64,000 nt of DNA, from positions 753,719-817,718 of the forward strand of contig NZ_BLVP01000008.1 of the NCBI RefSeq assembly GCF_013340305.1, in the 5' to 3' direction. How positions within the stretch are numbered: position 1 is the first letter of the stretch; each line of letters begins with the position of its first letter. The notes below the pieces were generated by a model. The model saw only the letters and a program-made list of their open reading frames with translations, was not told the DNA's origin and did not search any database. The stretch comes from Desulfovibrio psychrotolerans. Lineage in GTDB: Bacteria > Desulfobacterota > Desulfovibrionia > Desulfovibrionales > Desulfovibrionaceae. Positions 54,137 through 61,924 of this stretch are shown piece by piece. A program made the translations under genes and the position numbers.

Positions 54137-54778
54137 ATGAATACGTATTGTGAGGGCGCGTTGGATACGATTGCAAATGCAAAGCTCGTTCGTGCCGTGT
54201 TGTATGGATGTGCTTTTCTTATTTGGGGAGTGGCCAGCAATGCTTTGGCGCAAGGTGTTGAAGAGGACCATACAGGTTTAACCAATGCAGAAATATGCAT
54301 AAAGATTTACAATATAAATAGGCCCTTCGAAAATTGCGAGCAGCTTTATTCGAGTTGCCTTTCTGCAATTGCTGAAGGCGAGAAGCATATTAACCACATA
54401 ATGGGAGTTGTGTTGTTTTCAGGGCGCTGTAACGAAATGGATCTGGAAAAATCAAAAAGCCATTTTGTGTCGGGTGCCGAGGCAGGGGATGCAAAGTCTG
54501 ATGCATATCTCGCCTATATGTATCTTTTCGGAATTGCAGGGGAAGCGGATATGAAAAAAGCCTATCAGCATGGCATTCGTGCTGCCGAAGCAGGGGTTCC
54601 CCGTGGACAATTCGTTGTTGGAATGATGTATCTTAACGGGCTTGGTGTGCAAAAGGATGTTGAAAAAGCAAAAAGTCTATTGGAGGTTTCCGCAAAAAAA
54701 GGATTTGTACAATCTATTAAAGTCATGAGTATTATTAATAAAAATGGAACGATGAGCTTTGGTGGCAGTTATGAGTAA
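54137..54778 (+). CDS. Sel1-repeat (TPR-like) protein with signal peptide, in a low-GC islet
   Basis: 213 aa. Sel1-type repeats (AYLAYMYLFGIAGEADMKKAYQHGIRAAEAG, QFVVGMMYLNGLGVQKDVEKAKSLLEVSAKKG). Local GC is clearly lower than the flanks. Confidence 0.6.
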   Translation: MNTYCEGALDTIANAKLVRAVLYGCAFLIWGVASNALAQGVEEDHTGLTNAEICIKIYNINRPFENCEQLYSSCLSAIAEGEKHINHIMGVVLFSGRCNEMDLEKSKSHFVSGAEAGDAKSDAYLAYMYLFGIAGEADMKKAYQHGIRAAEAGVPRGQFVVGMMYLNGLGVQKDVEKAKSLLEVSAKKGFVQSIKVMSIINKNGTMSFGGSYE

Positions 54779-54953
54779 CGATTGGATGATACAATTTTCT
54801 TTGGAAGATCAAGCGTATATAAAAGCTTGTGAAAATATAATTAAAGACACATCTCTTAGTCTTCAATATAGAGCCTATGCTTGGAATAATTTGTGCATAA
54901 TGATGACAGAGTATGGTGAAATGCCGTTTTCTTGGATTGAATCTTACAAATAA
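54771..54953 (+). CDS. Small hypothetical protein (60 aa) in the low-GC islet
   Basis: ORF MSNDWMIQFSLEDQAYIKACENIIKDTSLSLQYRAYAWNNLCIMMTEYGEMPFSWIESYK. Overlaps the previous stop by 8 bp. No motif. Confidence 0.3.
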   Translation: MSNDWMIQFSLEDQAYIKACENIIKDTSLSLQYRAYAWNNLCIMMTEYGEMPFSWIESYK

Positions 54954-55007
54954 AATCTTATTGACCATCAAGGAGTCAATGGTTCAAGTCCTAGGGTAGA
55001 TTCGAGC

Positions 55008-55151
55008 ATGTGTATCGGATGTGGAGTATGCAGTGTGGTTTGTCCTGAGCAGATTATAGTAAAGGTTGGCAATACGTATATTGTTGGTGATGGCTGTACA
55101 AATTGTGGAGTTTGTGTCTCATCATGCCCAACAGAAGCTGTTAAGAGATGA
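55008..55151 (+). CDS. Small 2x[4Fe-4S] ferredoxin (47 aa), not in the supplied ORF track (below its size cutoff)
   Basis: Manual translation: MCIGCGVCSVVCPEQIIVKVGNTYIVGDGCTNCGVCVSSCPTEAVKR. Two CxxCxxCxxxCP motifs. Confidence 0.55.
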   Translation: MCIGCGVCSVVCPEQIIVKVGNTYIVGDGCTNCGVCVSSCPTEAVKR

Positions 55152-55186
55152 ATTATATATAGAAAAGATATCCTCTTATCCCCTGC

Positions 55187-57292
55187 CTACCTCAGGTAGA
55201 ACGGCTCCTCTTCCAGTGTGCTGGTGTCTCCGGTGTCTTCGCCCAGTTCTTCGGCGCGGAGAATGCGCCGCATAATCTTGCCGCTGCGGTTCTTGGGCAA
55301 CTGCGTACGGAACTCCACTCCGCGCAGCACCGCCACAGGGCCAAGTTCACGCCGCACATGTTCCATGAGTTCCGACTCCAGATCCTCCGCCTGCACAAAT
55401 CCGCCTATGGGCGGCACATCGTCATGCAGCACCACAAATGCCTTTGCCACCTCGCCGCGAATGTCGTCCGGCACGCCTATAACGCCGCATTCCGCAACGG
55501 CGGGGTGCGAGGCAAGGGCGGCTTCCAGTTCGGCCGTGCCCACGCGGTGCCCGGCTATCATGATAACATCATCGGCGCGTCCCTGAATCCAGATATAGCC
55601 GTCATCATCCTTGCGTGCCACATCGCCGGGGAAGTACCAGCCCGGAAACTGTGACCAGTACATGGATTCATACGCCTGCCGGTCATTGAACACCGTGTTC
55701 ATCATGGCGGGCCACGGTCTTTTTATGACCAGATACCCGCCCGTGCGGGGCGGCAGCGAATTGCCCTTTGCATCCACCACGTCTGCCTCTATGCCCGGCA
55801 TGGGCCGGGTGACGGAACCGGGCTTGAGCAGCGAGACAGGCAGCGGCGCAATCATGATCATGCCTGTCTCCGTCTGCCACCACGTATCCAGCAACGGGCA
55901 TTGGCCGCGTCCTATGTTTTTGTGGAACCATACCCACGCCTCGGGCGATATGGGTTCACCCACGGTTCCCAGCAGCCGCAGCGTGGTCAGGTCGTGGCGC
56001 GCAGGATACTGCGTGCCAAACCGCATGAGCATGCGGATAAGCGTGGGCACGGTGTAGAGTATGGTCACTCCCCAGCGTTCCACCATGGACCATAGCCTCC
56101 CCGCCTCCGGGTAGAGGGGATGCCCTTCGTACAGCAGCGTTGTGGTTCCCGCCATAAGCGGGCCGTAAATGGCGTAGGAATGCCCGGTAATCCAGCCGGG
56201 GTCTGCCGTGCACCAGAAAATATCCGTGGGCTTGAGGTCAAACACCCAGTTCAGCGTCCGGTGTACGCCCACCATATACCCGCCGTGGGAATGGACAATG
56301 CCCTTGGGCTTGCCCGTGGTGCCCGATGTATAGAGCACAAACAGCGGGTCCGTGGCGTCCATGACCTCTGTCAGCGCCTCCGAGGGCTGGTGCAGCATAA
56401 CATCGTGCCACCAGTGGTCGCGCCCGTCCTTCATGGCAACGTCCAGATGCGCCCGGTGCACTACCACTACCTGCTCGATTCCTGCATCAGCAGAGGCTTC
56501 ACCCCTGTCCTGCGCGGCGCGGCGGCAGTGGCTTATGGCATCGTCTACCAACGGCTTCAGGGCAATGACCCTGCCGTTGCGGTAAAAGCCGTCCACCGTT
56601 ACGATGATGCGTGGCCGTGCATCCACGATACGGTCCGCCAGCCCGCCGGAAGAGAACCCCGCAAACACCACACTGTGAATGGCGCCGATTTTGACTGTAG
56701 CCAGCATGGCAATGGCGGTTTCCGGCAGCGAGGGCATGTAGATGAGTACCATGTCGCCCTTGCGCACTCCCATGCCGCGCAGCACGTTGGCAAACCGGTT
56801 AACCTCCCGGTATAGCTCAAAGTAGGTAAGCTTGCGCGTGTCACCGGGTTCGCCCTCCCAGATCAGGGCAAGGCGGTTCTTGTTCACGGTCTCTATATGG
56901 CGGTCCAGCGCATTATGCACAATGTTGCAGCGTGCTCCGGCAAACCAGCGGTAAAAAGGCGGCTCGGCATCGTCCAGCACGGTTTCCCATTTGCGGAACC
57001 ATTGCAGTTCGTCCGCTGCCTCTTCCCAGAATCCCAGCCAGTCCTGTTCCGCGCGGCGGCGGGCATGCGCCGCGTCCTGCGGGTTTACGGTGGCTTCTGC
57101 CATCACGCGGGGCAGGGGGCGGAAAACGCGTTCCTCCACCAGCAGGGTGTCCAGCGTGCCGCAAACGCCCCCGGCTGCATTGGGGGTGGCATTTCGGGTG
57201 GCATCCTTGGCAGCAGGCTGTTGCGCCGTGCGCTGTCCGGCAGTGCCGCTTCTATGGGCAGGGGCATTTTTCTTGGGTTTGTTCATGGTCAT
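55187..57292 (-). CDS. acs: Acetyl-CoA synthetase (acetate--CoA ligase, AMP-forming)
   Basis: 701 aa. AMP-binding motifs ([54 protein letters not shown]). N-terminal ~45-aa low-complexity extension before the conserved EERVFRP region. Confidence 0.9.
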   Translation of the reverse strand: MTMNKPKKNAPAHRSGTAGQRTAQQPAAKDATRNATPNAAGGVCGTLDTLLVEERVFRPLPRVMAEATVNPQDAAHARRRAEQDWLGFWEEAADELQWFRKWETVLDDAEPPFYRWFAGARCNIVHNALDRHIETVNKNRLALIWEGEPGDTRKLTYFELYREVNRFANVLRGMGVRKGDMVLIYMPSLPETAIAMLATVKIGAIHSVVFAGFSSGGLADRIVDARPRIIVTVDGFYRNGRVIALKPLVDDAISHCRRAAQDRGEASADAGIEQVVVVHRAHLDVAMKDGRDHWWHDVMLHQPSEALTEVMDATDPLFVLYTSGTTGKPKGIVHSHGGYMVGVHRTLNWVFDLKPTDIFWCTADPGWITGHSYAIYGPLMAGTTTLLYEGHPLYPEAGRLWSMVERWGVTILYTVPTLIRMLMRFGTQYPARHDLTTLRLLGTVGEPISPEAWVWFHKNIGRGQCPLLDTWWQTETGMIMIAPLPVSLLKPGSVTRPMPGIEADVVDAKGNSLPPRTGGYLVIKRPWPAMMNTVFNDRQAYESMYWSQFPGWYFPGDVARKDDDGYIWIQGRADDVIMIAGHRVGTAELEAALASHPAVAECGVIGVPDDIRGEVAKAFVVLHDDVPPIGGFVQAEDLESELMEHVRRELGPVAVLRGVEFRTQLPKNRSGKIMRRILRAEELGEDTGDTSTLEEEPFYLR

Positions 57293-58185
57293 AGCCCCAG
57301 TACCTGTTTGAGTTCTGCAAGCCTGCGGCGGCTGATGGGCAGCTCGATGCGGGTGCGCCCGGCGGTGCGCAGCATGAAATTGGAACCGGGCAGTGACGCT
57401 ATTTCCGTAACCATATCCAGATTCACCAGATATTTCCTGTGCACGCGGAAGAAGCGGTGGGCGCGCAGGCGGCTTTCCAGCACCTTCAGGCGGTAAGAGG
57501 TAAGGTATTTCTGCGTGGCGGTATGGACGTAAGAATAATCTTCATACGCCTCCACAAAGATTATCTCGTGGTAGGGCAGGAGCATGGTCTTGCCTTCCAG
57601 CGTTATGGCAAGGCGCTCAATCTCCACCGGGCGGAATCGGCTGCTGTGGTCCCACGCCTGTTTGAGGGCAGAAAGAAAATCCTCCTGCTCATCATCGGCA
57701 AGCGGCAGTTGTACGGTTTCTTCCAGCTCATCGTAATCGCCGTCATGCTCCACCTGCACGGGAGCATGCGGTTCACGCCAGCGGGAAGAAGGCTCCGGCG
57801 CAAGGTTGTGGTGGGTTTTAAACTGCCGCAGGCGGTCCACGGTTCGGGCAAACCGGTCTTCCTGACAGGGGAAGATAAGATAATCCGTCGCCTCCAGTTC
57901 AAAGGCGGCAAACGCGTGCTGCTCATCCGTGGCAAGGAATACCAGCGCAGGGCGCTGCCTGCGCCCCAGCAGCAGGCGGGCAAGGTCCAGCCCGTCTGTG
58001 GGGCTGCTAAGCGATACACCCAGAAAGAACACTCCGTAGGGAATGGCGTCCAGCAGGAGTTGGGCTTCCTGCCCCGTTGCCGCCTCACCGAGCACGCGGA
58101 CAAAGGAAACAGGCTCCAGCATGGCGCGCAGGCGGGCGCGTATGGCGGCGTCCGGGTGGACAAGCAGGGTGGTGAGATGGCTCAT
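57289..58185 (-). CDS. LytTR-family two-component response regulator (REC + LytTR DNA-binding domain)
   Basis: Start set at MSHLTT (58185; GAGGT RBS); the ORF is open to 58404. REC domain (LLVHPD...FLATDEQHA). C-terminal LytTR domain ([20 protein letters not shown]...[13 protein letters not shown]). Stop overlaps the acs start. Confidence 0.75.
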   Translation of the reverse strand: MSHLTTLLVHPDAAIRARLRAMLEPVSFVRVLGEAATGQEAQLLLDAIPYGVFFLGVSLSSPTDGLDLARLLLGRRQRPALVFLATDEQHAFAAFELEATDYLIFPCQEDRFARTVDRLRQFKTHHNLAPEPSSRWREPHAPVQVEHDGDYDELEETVQLPLADDEQEDFLSALKQAWDHSSRFRPVEIERLAITLEGKTMLLPYHEIIFVEAYEDYSYVHTATQKYLTSYRLKVLESRLRAHRFFRVHRKYLVNLDMVTEIASLPGSNFMLRTAGRTRIELPISRRRLAELKQVLGL

Positions 58186-58489
58186 GTAACCTCGTTGCGT
58201 TGCGGGGGCTGCGCATGGCAGCCCGTACCTCGCCGAATCCTTCCGGGTGGCGTGCGGTTTTTTGTACTCTACAACTATGCGTGAATCATGAAAAGGGGTT
58301 ACGGAGAGAAGATGTTGATTGGTTGCGCAGTCTGCACAAGGGCAGTCCCGTGCCGTGGCGGTTTTCAGCCCTGATTTCAGTCTTTCTTTCACCCTATATT
58401 TCACCCTTGCCGCCGTGCCGGTGTCTTCAATTCGTCATCATGGAGCATGTAGTTTTCATGTCGAACACTCATCCCCAAGAGGAACGATT

Positions 58490-58972
58490 ATGTCAGCACC
58501 CATACGGATATTGGCCATTTGCGTGCATAACAGCGCGCGCAGCCAGATGGCGGAATGGTATCTGAACCAGTTCGGAGAAGGACGCCTCGCCGTGGAAAGC
58601 GCCGGTCTGGAGCCGGGCGTCATCAACCCCCTTGTCATTGAGGTGATGCGGGAAGAAGGTGTAGACCTTTCCGGCAAGCCGACCAACGGTGTATTTGATT
58701 TTTACCGGCAGGGCAGGTTATATGACTATGTGCTGACCGTGTGCACGGCGGAGCAGGAGGCTCGTTGCCCCTTGTTTCCCGGCGTGGTCAGGCGGCTGCA
58801 CTGGGATCTGGAAGATCCTTCCCGTGTTACCGGCAGCCACGAAGAAAAATTGGAAAAAGTGCGCCGCATCCGTGATGATATACGCGAACGGGCGCAGACG
58901 CTCGCCGCTTCGCTGCTTGCCGGAAAGGCGGCGGGGCGTGTGCAGGCGGATGCTGAAAAGGCTCCCCTCTGA
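58490..58972 (+). CDS. LMW-PTP/ArsC-family protein (thioredoxin-coupled arsenate reductase-like, paralog 1)
   Basis: Start at the ATG at 58490 (AAGAGGAA RBS). CX5R P-loop ([13 protein letters not shown]). Downstream Cys pair ([11 protein letters not shown]). Confidence 0.65.
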   Translation: MSAPIRILAICVHNSARSQMAEWYLNQFGEGRLAVESAGLEPGVINPLVIEVMREEGVDLSGKPTNGVFDFYRQGRLYDYVLTVCTAEQEARCPLFPGVVRRLHWDLEDPSRVTGSHEEKLEKVRRIRDDIRERAQTLAASLLAGKAAGRVQADAEKAPL

Positions 58973-59083
58973 TTTTGCGGCGACCCGTTGCGCACCGCAG
59001 GTCGGAGACCGGCCGGAGGTATCCTTTGCCGGAGCAGCCTGCCGCGTGCGGCACGTCCGTAAACACGTTGGAGGAGTGAACTG

Positions 59084-59512
59084 TTGAGCAAGAAAAAAAT
59101 GCTTATCCTGTGCACCGGAAATTCCTGCCGCAGCCAGATGGCAGAGGGATGGGTGCGCGCGCTGAAAGGCGATACGTTTGATGTCTGGTCAGCAGGCATA
59201 GAGAAGCATGGCCTCAATCCCCATGCGGTAAAGGTCATGGCGGAAGCCGGGGTGGATATCTCTTCCCACGTTTCCAAGCTGGTGGGCGATCTGCCGCAGC
59301 AGGAGTATGACTACATTATCACCGTGTGCGGTCACGCCAGCGAAAATTGCCCCTTCTTCCCGGGAGCGGCGCGGCGTGTGCATGCGGGCTTTGACGACCC
59401 GCCCAAACTGGCCGAACATGCCACCTCGGAAGAGGAGGCCCTTGTGCATTACCGCCGGGTAAGGGACGAAATCCGGGCGTGGGCCGCATCGTTGCCTGCC
59501 TCTCTGGAATAG
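59084..59512 (+). CDS. arsC: Arsenate reductase, thioredoxin-coupled LMW-PTP type
   Basis: 142 aa. CTGNSCRSQMAEGW P-loop. Cys82/Cys89 equivalents (VCGHASENCP). Strong similarity (from memory) to Bacillus-type ArsC. Confidence 0.75.
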   Translation: MSKKKMLILCTGNSCRSQMAEGWVRALKGDTFDVWSAGIEKHGLNPHAVKVMAEAGVDISSHVSKLVGDLPQQEYDYIITVCGHASENCPFFPGAARRVHAGFDDPPKLAEHATSEEEALVHYRRVRDEIRAWAASLPASLE

Positions 59513-59561
59513 CCCGCCGCACGGCGGGAGCGCACTCCGTTAGAGAGTAAAGCCAAAGAAA

Positions 59562-59596
59562 AGGCAGGCCGGATACGCTTCCGGGCCTGCCTTTTT
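59562..59596. terminator. Bidirectional intrinsic terminator between convergent arsC and the REC-TPR gene
   Basis: AAAGGCAGGCCGG-ATACGCTT-CCGGGCCTGCCTTTTT hairpin with T-runs on both strands. Confidence 0.65.
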
Positions 59597-59628
59597 ATGT
59601 ATGTGTGTGCGGTTTGCTCAGTTCTGCG

Positions 59629-60903
59629 TCAGATAATGCGTAGTCTGCGGTCCTGCGCCAGTTGTTCCGGCGGGGCGGTGTGCGCTTCCCTGTATGCGCG
59701 CATGGTGTAGCGGGCCACGGCCAGCAGTTCGTTGAGCATGGGAAACTGCGCCAGAAGGGGCTTGCGTGCGGGAGCAGGCCGCCGTTCCGGTATGGCGATG
59801 ATGCGGCGGTAAAGCCGTTGCGCCATATCCCGTTCACCGCCTTTTTCCATGGCCCGGCACAGCGCCACCGCAGCCTCTTCCGGCTTGTCGGTGAAGTGGC
59901 AGGCGCGGGCAACCTGCGTGCTTATGTCCGCATCCGGGGTGAGCTTGTACCCTTCCACATAGGCCATGGCCGCCGCCTGAAAATTGCCCTGCCGCACCAG
60001 TGCGCCCGCAGTGCCCAGCAGCAGGTTGGGCATATCCGGCCATTCCTGCGAAAGCTGGCTGAAAACCGACCGCGCATCGGCAAAGGCCTCCAGCCGGGCG
60101 TATGCTTCGCCTGCCATCATCATGTATTTGCGGGCCTTGCGTTGGTCTCCTTTACCGCGCCATGCGTGAGAAAGCCCCATATATGCCTCGGCATAGAGCA
60201 CGTTCAGCCGCACTGCGCGGTTAAAGGCGGCAATGGCGGCGGCGTAGTCGCGGGCCTCAAGGTGCGCCATGCCCTGCTCGTAGCATTCCTGCGCCTTGGG
60301 TTTGGCAACAGTCACCACCTTGCCCAGCGTGGCGAGGGCGTTGTCAAATTCTTCCGCACCCAGTGCCGTGTCCGCAGAGTGCATGAGCCTTGCCATGTCC
60401 GGCATGGCCGCACTGCGGGCCGCCAGCTCCAGTTGCTCGGCAAAGGCGGCTGTCGTGTAGGGCCGCACAAGAAAGCCCGTGCATCCGGCCCCTATGGCCT
60501 TCAGCACATCTTCCCGCGTGGCCGAGGGAGCAGTGAGAATGACAGGCAGCGATGCCAGCGCAGGGTGCTTGCGGATAAGCCGCAGAAAGGCGGTCCCTTC
60601 CATATCGTCCAGCGTGGCGTTGCAAAGCACCAGGTCGCAGGTCGGGGAGGTTGGTCGTGCTTCTCCGGTTTCTCTGGTATCTCTGGCCTCTTCCTGCCCC
60701 CTGCCTTGGTGCAGGGCTGCCCGGTGTTTTTCCCTGCGGGCGGCCTCGCGGGCAAGCAGGCGCGCAGCTTCCTCGCCGGATGAGAGCACCCGTACATGGC
60801 GTATGCCGTGGGTGCGCAGGGTGGTGCGGTCCACGGCGGCAACGCCTTCCGCATCCGCCAGTACAAGGGCGGACAAAAAGGGCGACTGATTCTTCTTGGT
60901 CAT
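59629..60903 (-). CDS. Response-regulator receiver domain protein with TPR repeats (no DNA-binding output domain)
   Basis: 424 aa. N-terminal REC with an unusually long insert (VLADAE...DLVLCNATLDDMEGTAFLRLI...LTAPSA). C-terminal TPR-like repeats (AIAAFNRAVRLNVLYAEAYMGLSHAW...). Confidence 0.65.
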   Translation of the reverse strand: MTKKNQSPFLSALVLADAEGVAAVDRTTLRTHGIRHVRVLSSGEEAARLLAREAARREKHRAALHQGRGQEEARDTRETGEARPTSPTCDLVLCNATLDDMEGTAFLRLIRKHPALASLPVILTAPSATREDVLKAIGAGCTGFLVRPYTTAAFAEQLELAARSAAMPDMARLMHSADTALGAEEFDNALATLGKVVTVAKPKAQECYEQGMAHLEARDYAAAIAAFNRAVRLNVLYAEAYMGLSHAWRGKGDQRKARKYMMMAGEAYARLEAFADARSVFSQLSQEWPDMPNLLLGTAGALVRQGNFQAAAMAYVEGYKLTPDADISTQVARACHFTDKPEEAAVALCRAMEKGGERDMAQRLYRRIIAIPERRPAPARKPLLAQFPMLNELLAVARYTMRAYREAHTAPPEQLAQDRRLRII

Positions 60904-60974
60904 GGTCAGGGCCTCGCTGTTGTGCCGCCCGGACGGGGGAGAACGGCGGCGTGAGCTTGCATACCCTATCGGCA

Positions 60975-61016
60975 GATACCGCTATCTCTTTAGCAGAAGT
61001 CGCTATCTCTTTAGCG
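60975..61016. promoter_or_regulatory. Direct repeat CGCTATCTCTTTAGC x2 (21-bp period) in the REC-TPR gene promoter region
   Basis: CCGCTATCTCTTTAGCAGAAGTCGCTATCTCTTTAGCGGAAC lies 70-110 bp upstream of the 60903 start on the minus strand. Confidence 0.45.
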
Positions 61017-61184
61017 GAACAAGGCAACGCCTATGTTCCGTAGTGATTTATGCCGATACGCGTAGCCATACGCGGACATGTGCACGATGAAATGCACACG
61101 GTACGGCGCTCACGGAGAGGGAAAAAACAAGGCCCGCCGGGGGGCGGGCCGGGTGTGTGCCGGAAGGTCTGCAAATGCAGACGG

Positions 61185-61301
61185 CTACATGGTCTTGAAG
61201 GTGAGAAAGCAGAGGGCAAAAACGGAAATCAGACCGGTTGCGATATAGACTCGTTGCAGAAACAAACCGTACTCCATTGTTGCGGCGCGAGACTGGCGCA
61301 T
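61185..61301 (-). CDS. Candidate 38-aa single-TM small membrane protein
   Basis: MRQSRAATMEYGLFLQRVYIATGLISVFALCFLTFKTM. Perfect AAGGAG RBS 7 nt upstream of the ATG. Lies 11 bp downstream of the zinc-ribbon gene on the same strand. Confidence 0.4.
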   Translation of the reverse strand: MRQSRAATMEYGLFLQRVYIATGLISVFALCFLTFKTM

Positions 61302-61311
61302 ACTCGGCTCC

Positions 61312-61728
61312 TTATTTGTACAGGGGTATGACCTTGGCCAGCCGTTGCGGTGCTGCGGATTTCTCCACTCCCTGCGCAGCCGCGACGGCATTATCCCGTT
61401 CGTACTGCGTCCCGCAATTGTAGCATTTGCGGGCTTCTCCGTCATCGTGCAGGCGGATGAGAATACCGTCCCTGTTGTAGCACGCGGAGCAGAACGGACC
61501 TTGCTTTATGTTGCCGGTAATGAGCCAGTAATAGCTCCCGTCATACACAAGGTTTTTGGAAAGATAGAGTATGTCTTCAAATTCCTGAACCTGCGATTTG
61601 AGAACATTGTTTTCATCGCAGACTTCTATGTATCGGGATTGCAAATCCATGAGCAGGTGTTTGGCTTCATCCGGTTTTCCTTTGAGGAAAAGCTCGTACA
61701 CTTCTTTGTAGCGGTAATAGTTGAGCAT
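61312..61728 (-). CDS. Hypothetical protein with coiled-coil N-terminus and C-terminal CxxC...CxxC zinc-ribbon
   Basis: Start set at MLNYYRY (GAGAGGTG RBS); the ORF is open to 61989. 138 aa with CSAC...CYNC. Confidence 0.5.
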   Translation of the reverse strand: MLNYYRYKEVYELFLKGKPDEAKHLLMDLQSRYIEVCDENNVLKSQVQEFEDILYLSKNLVYDGSYYWLITGNIKQGPFCSACYNRDGILIRLHDDGEARKCYNCGTQYERDNAVAAAQGVEKSAAPQRLAKVIPLYK

Positions 61729-61924
61729 GCGGAACACCTCTCGCGCACGCGGAGCGCGCCTTTTTTTCGAATACATGAGTCCTATCGGCAGAAGTGCCGG
61801 CAACTTTAGAATGCTTTGCAAAAAAGCGTGTGAAAAAGTGCAGTGCGGCCCCAAAAGAAAACGGCATCCCGGAAATGCCTCCGGGATGCCGTTGCGCGGA
61901 ACGTAAGAAGGAAGTGATGCGGCG

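Noticed and set aside
55066-55275. 69-aa plus-strand ORF from the track in the low-GC islet
   Set aside because: Wrong frame. It overlaps the manually identified 47-aa 2x[4Fe-4S] ferredoxin (55008-55151) and the antisense of the acs 3' end, and has no motifs.
57289-58404. Full 371-aa ORF for the LytTR regulator including 73 N-terminal residues
   Set aside because: The N-terminal extension (MKYRVKERLKSGLKTATARDCPCADC...) lacks REC features. REC-domain alignment and a GAGGT RBS support the internal start at 58185.
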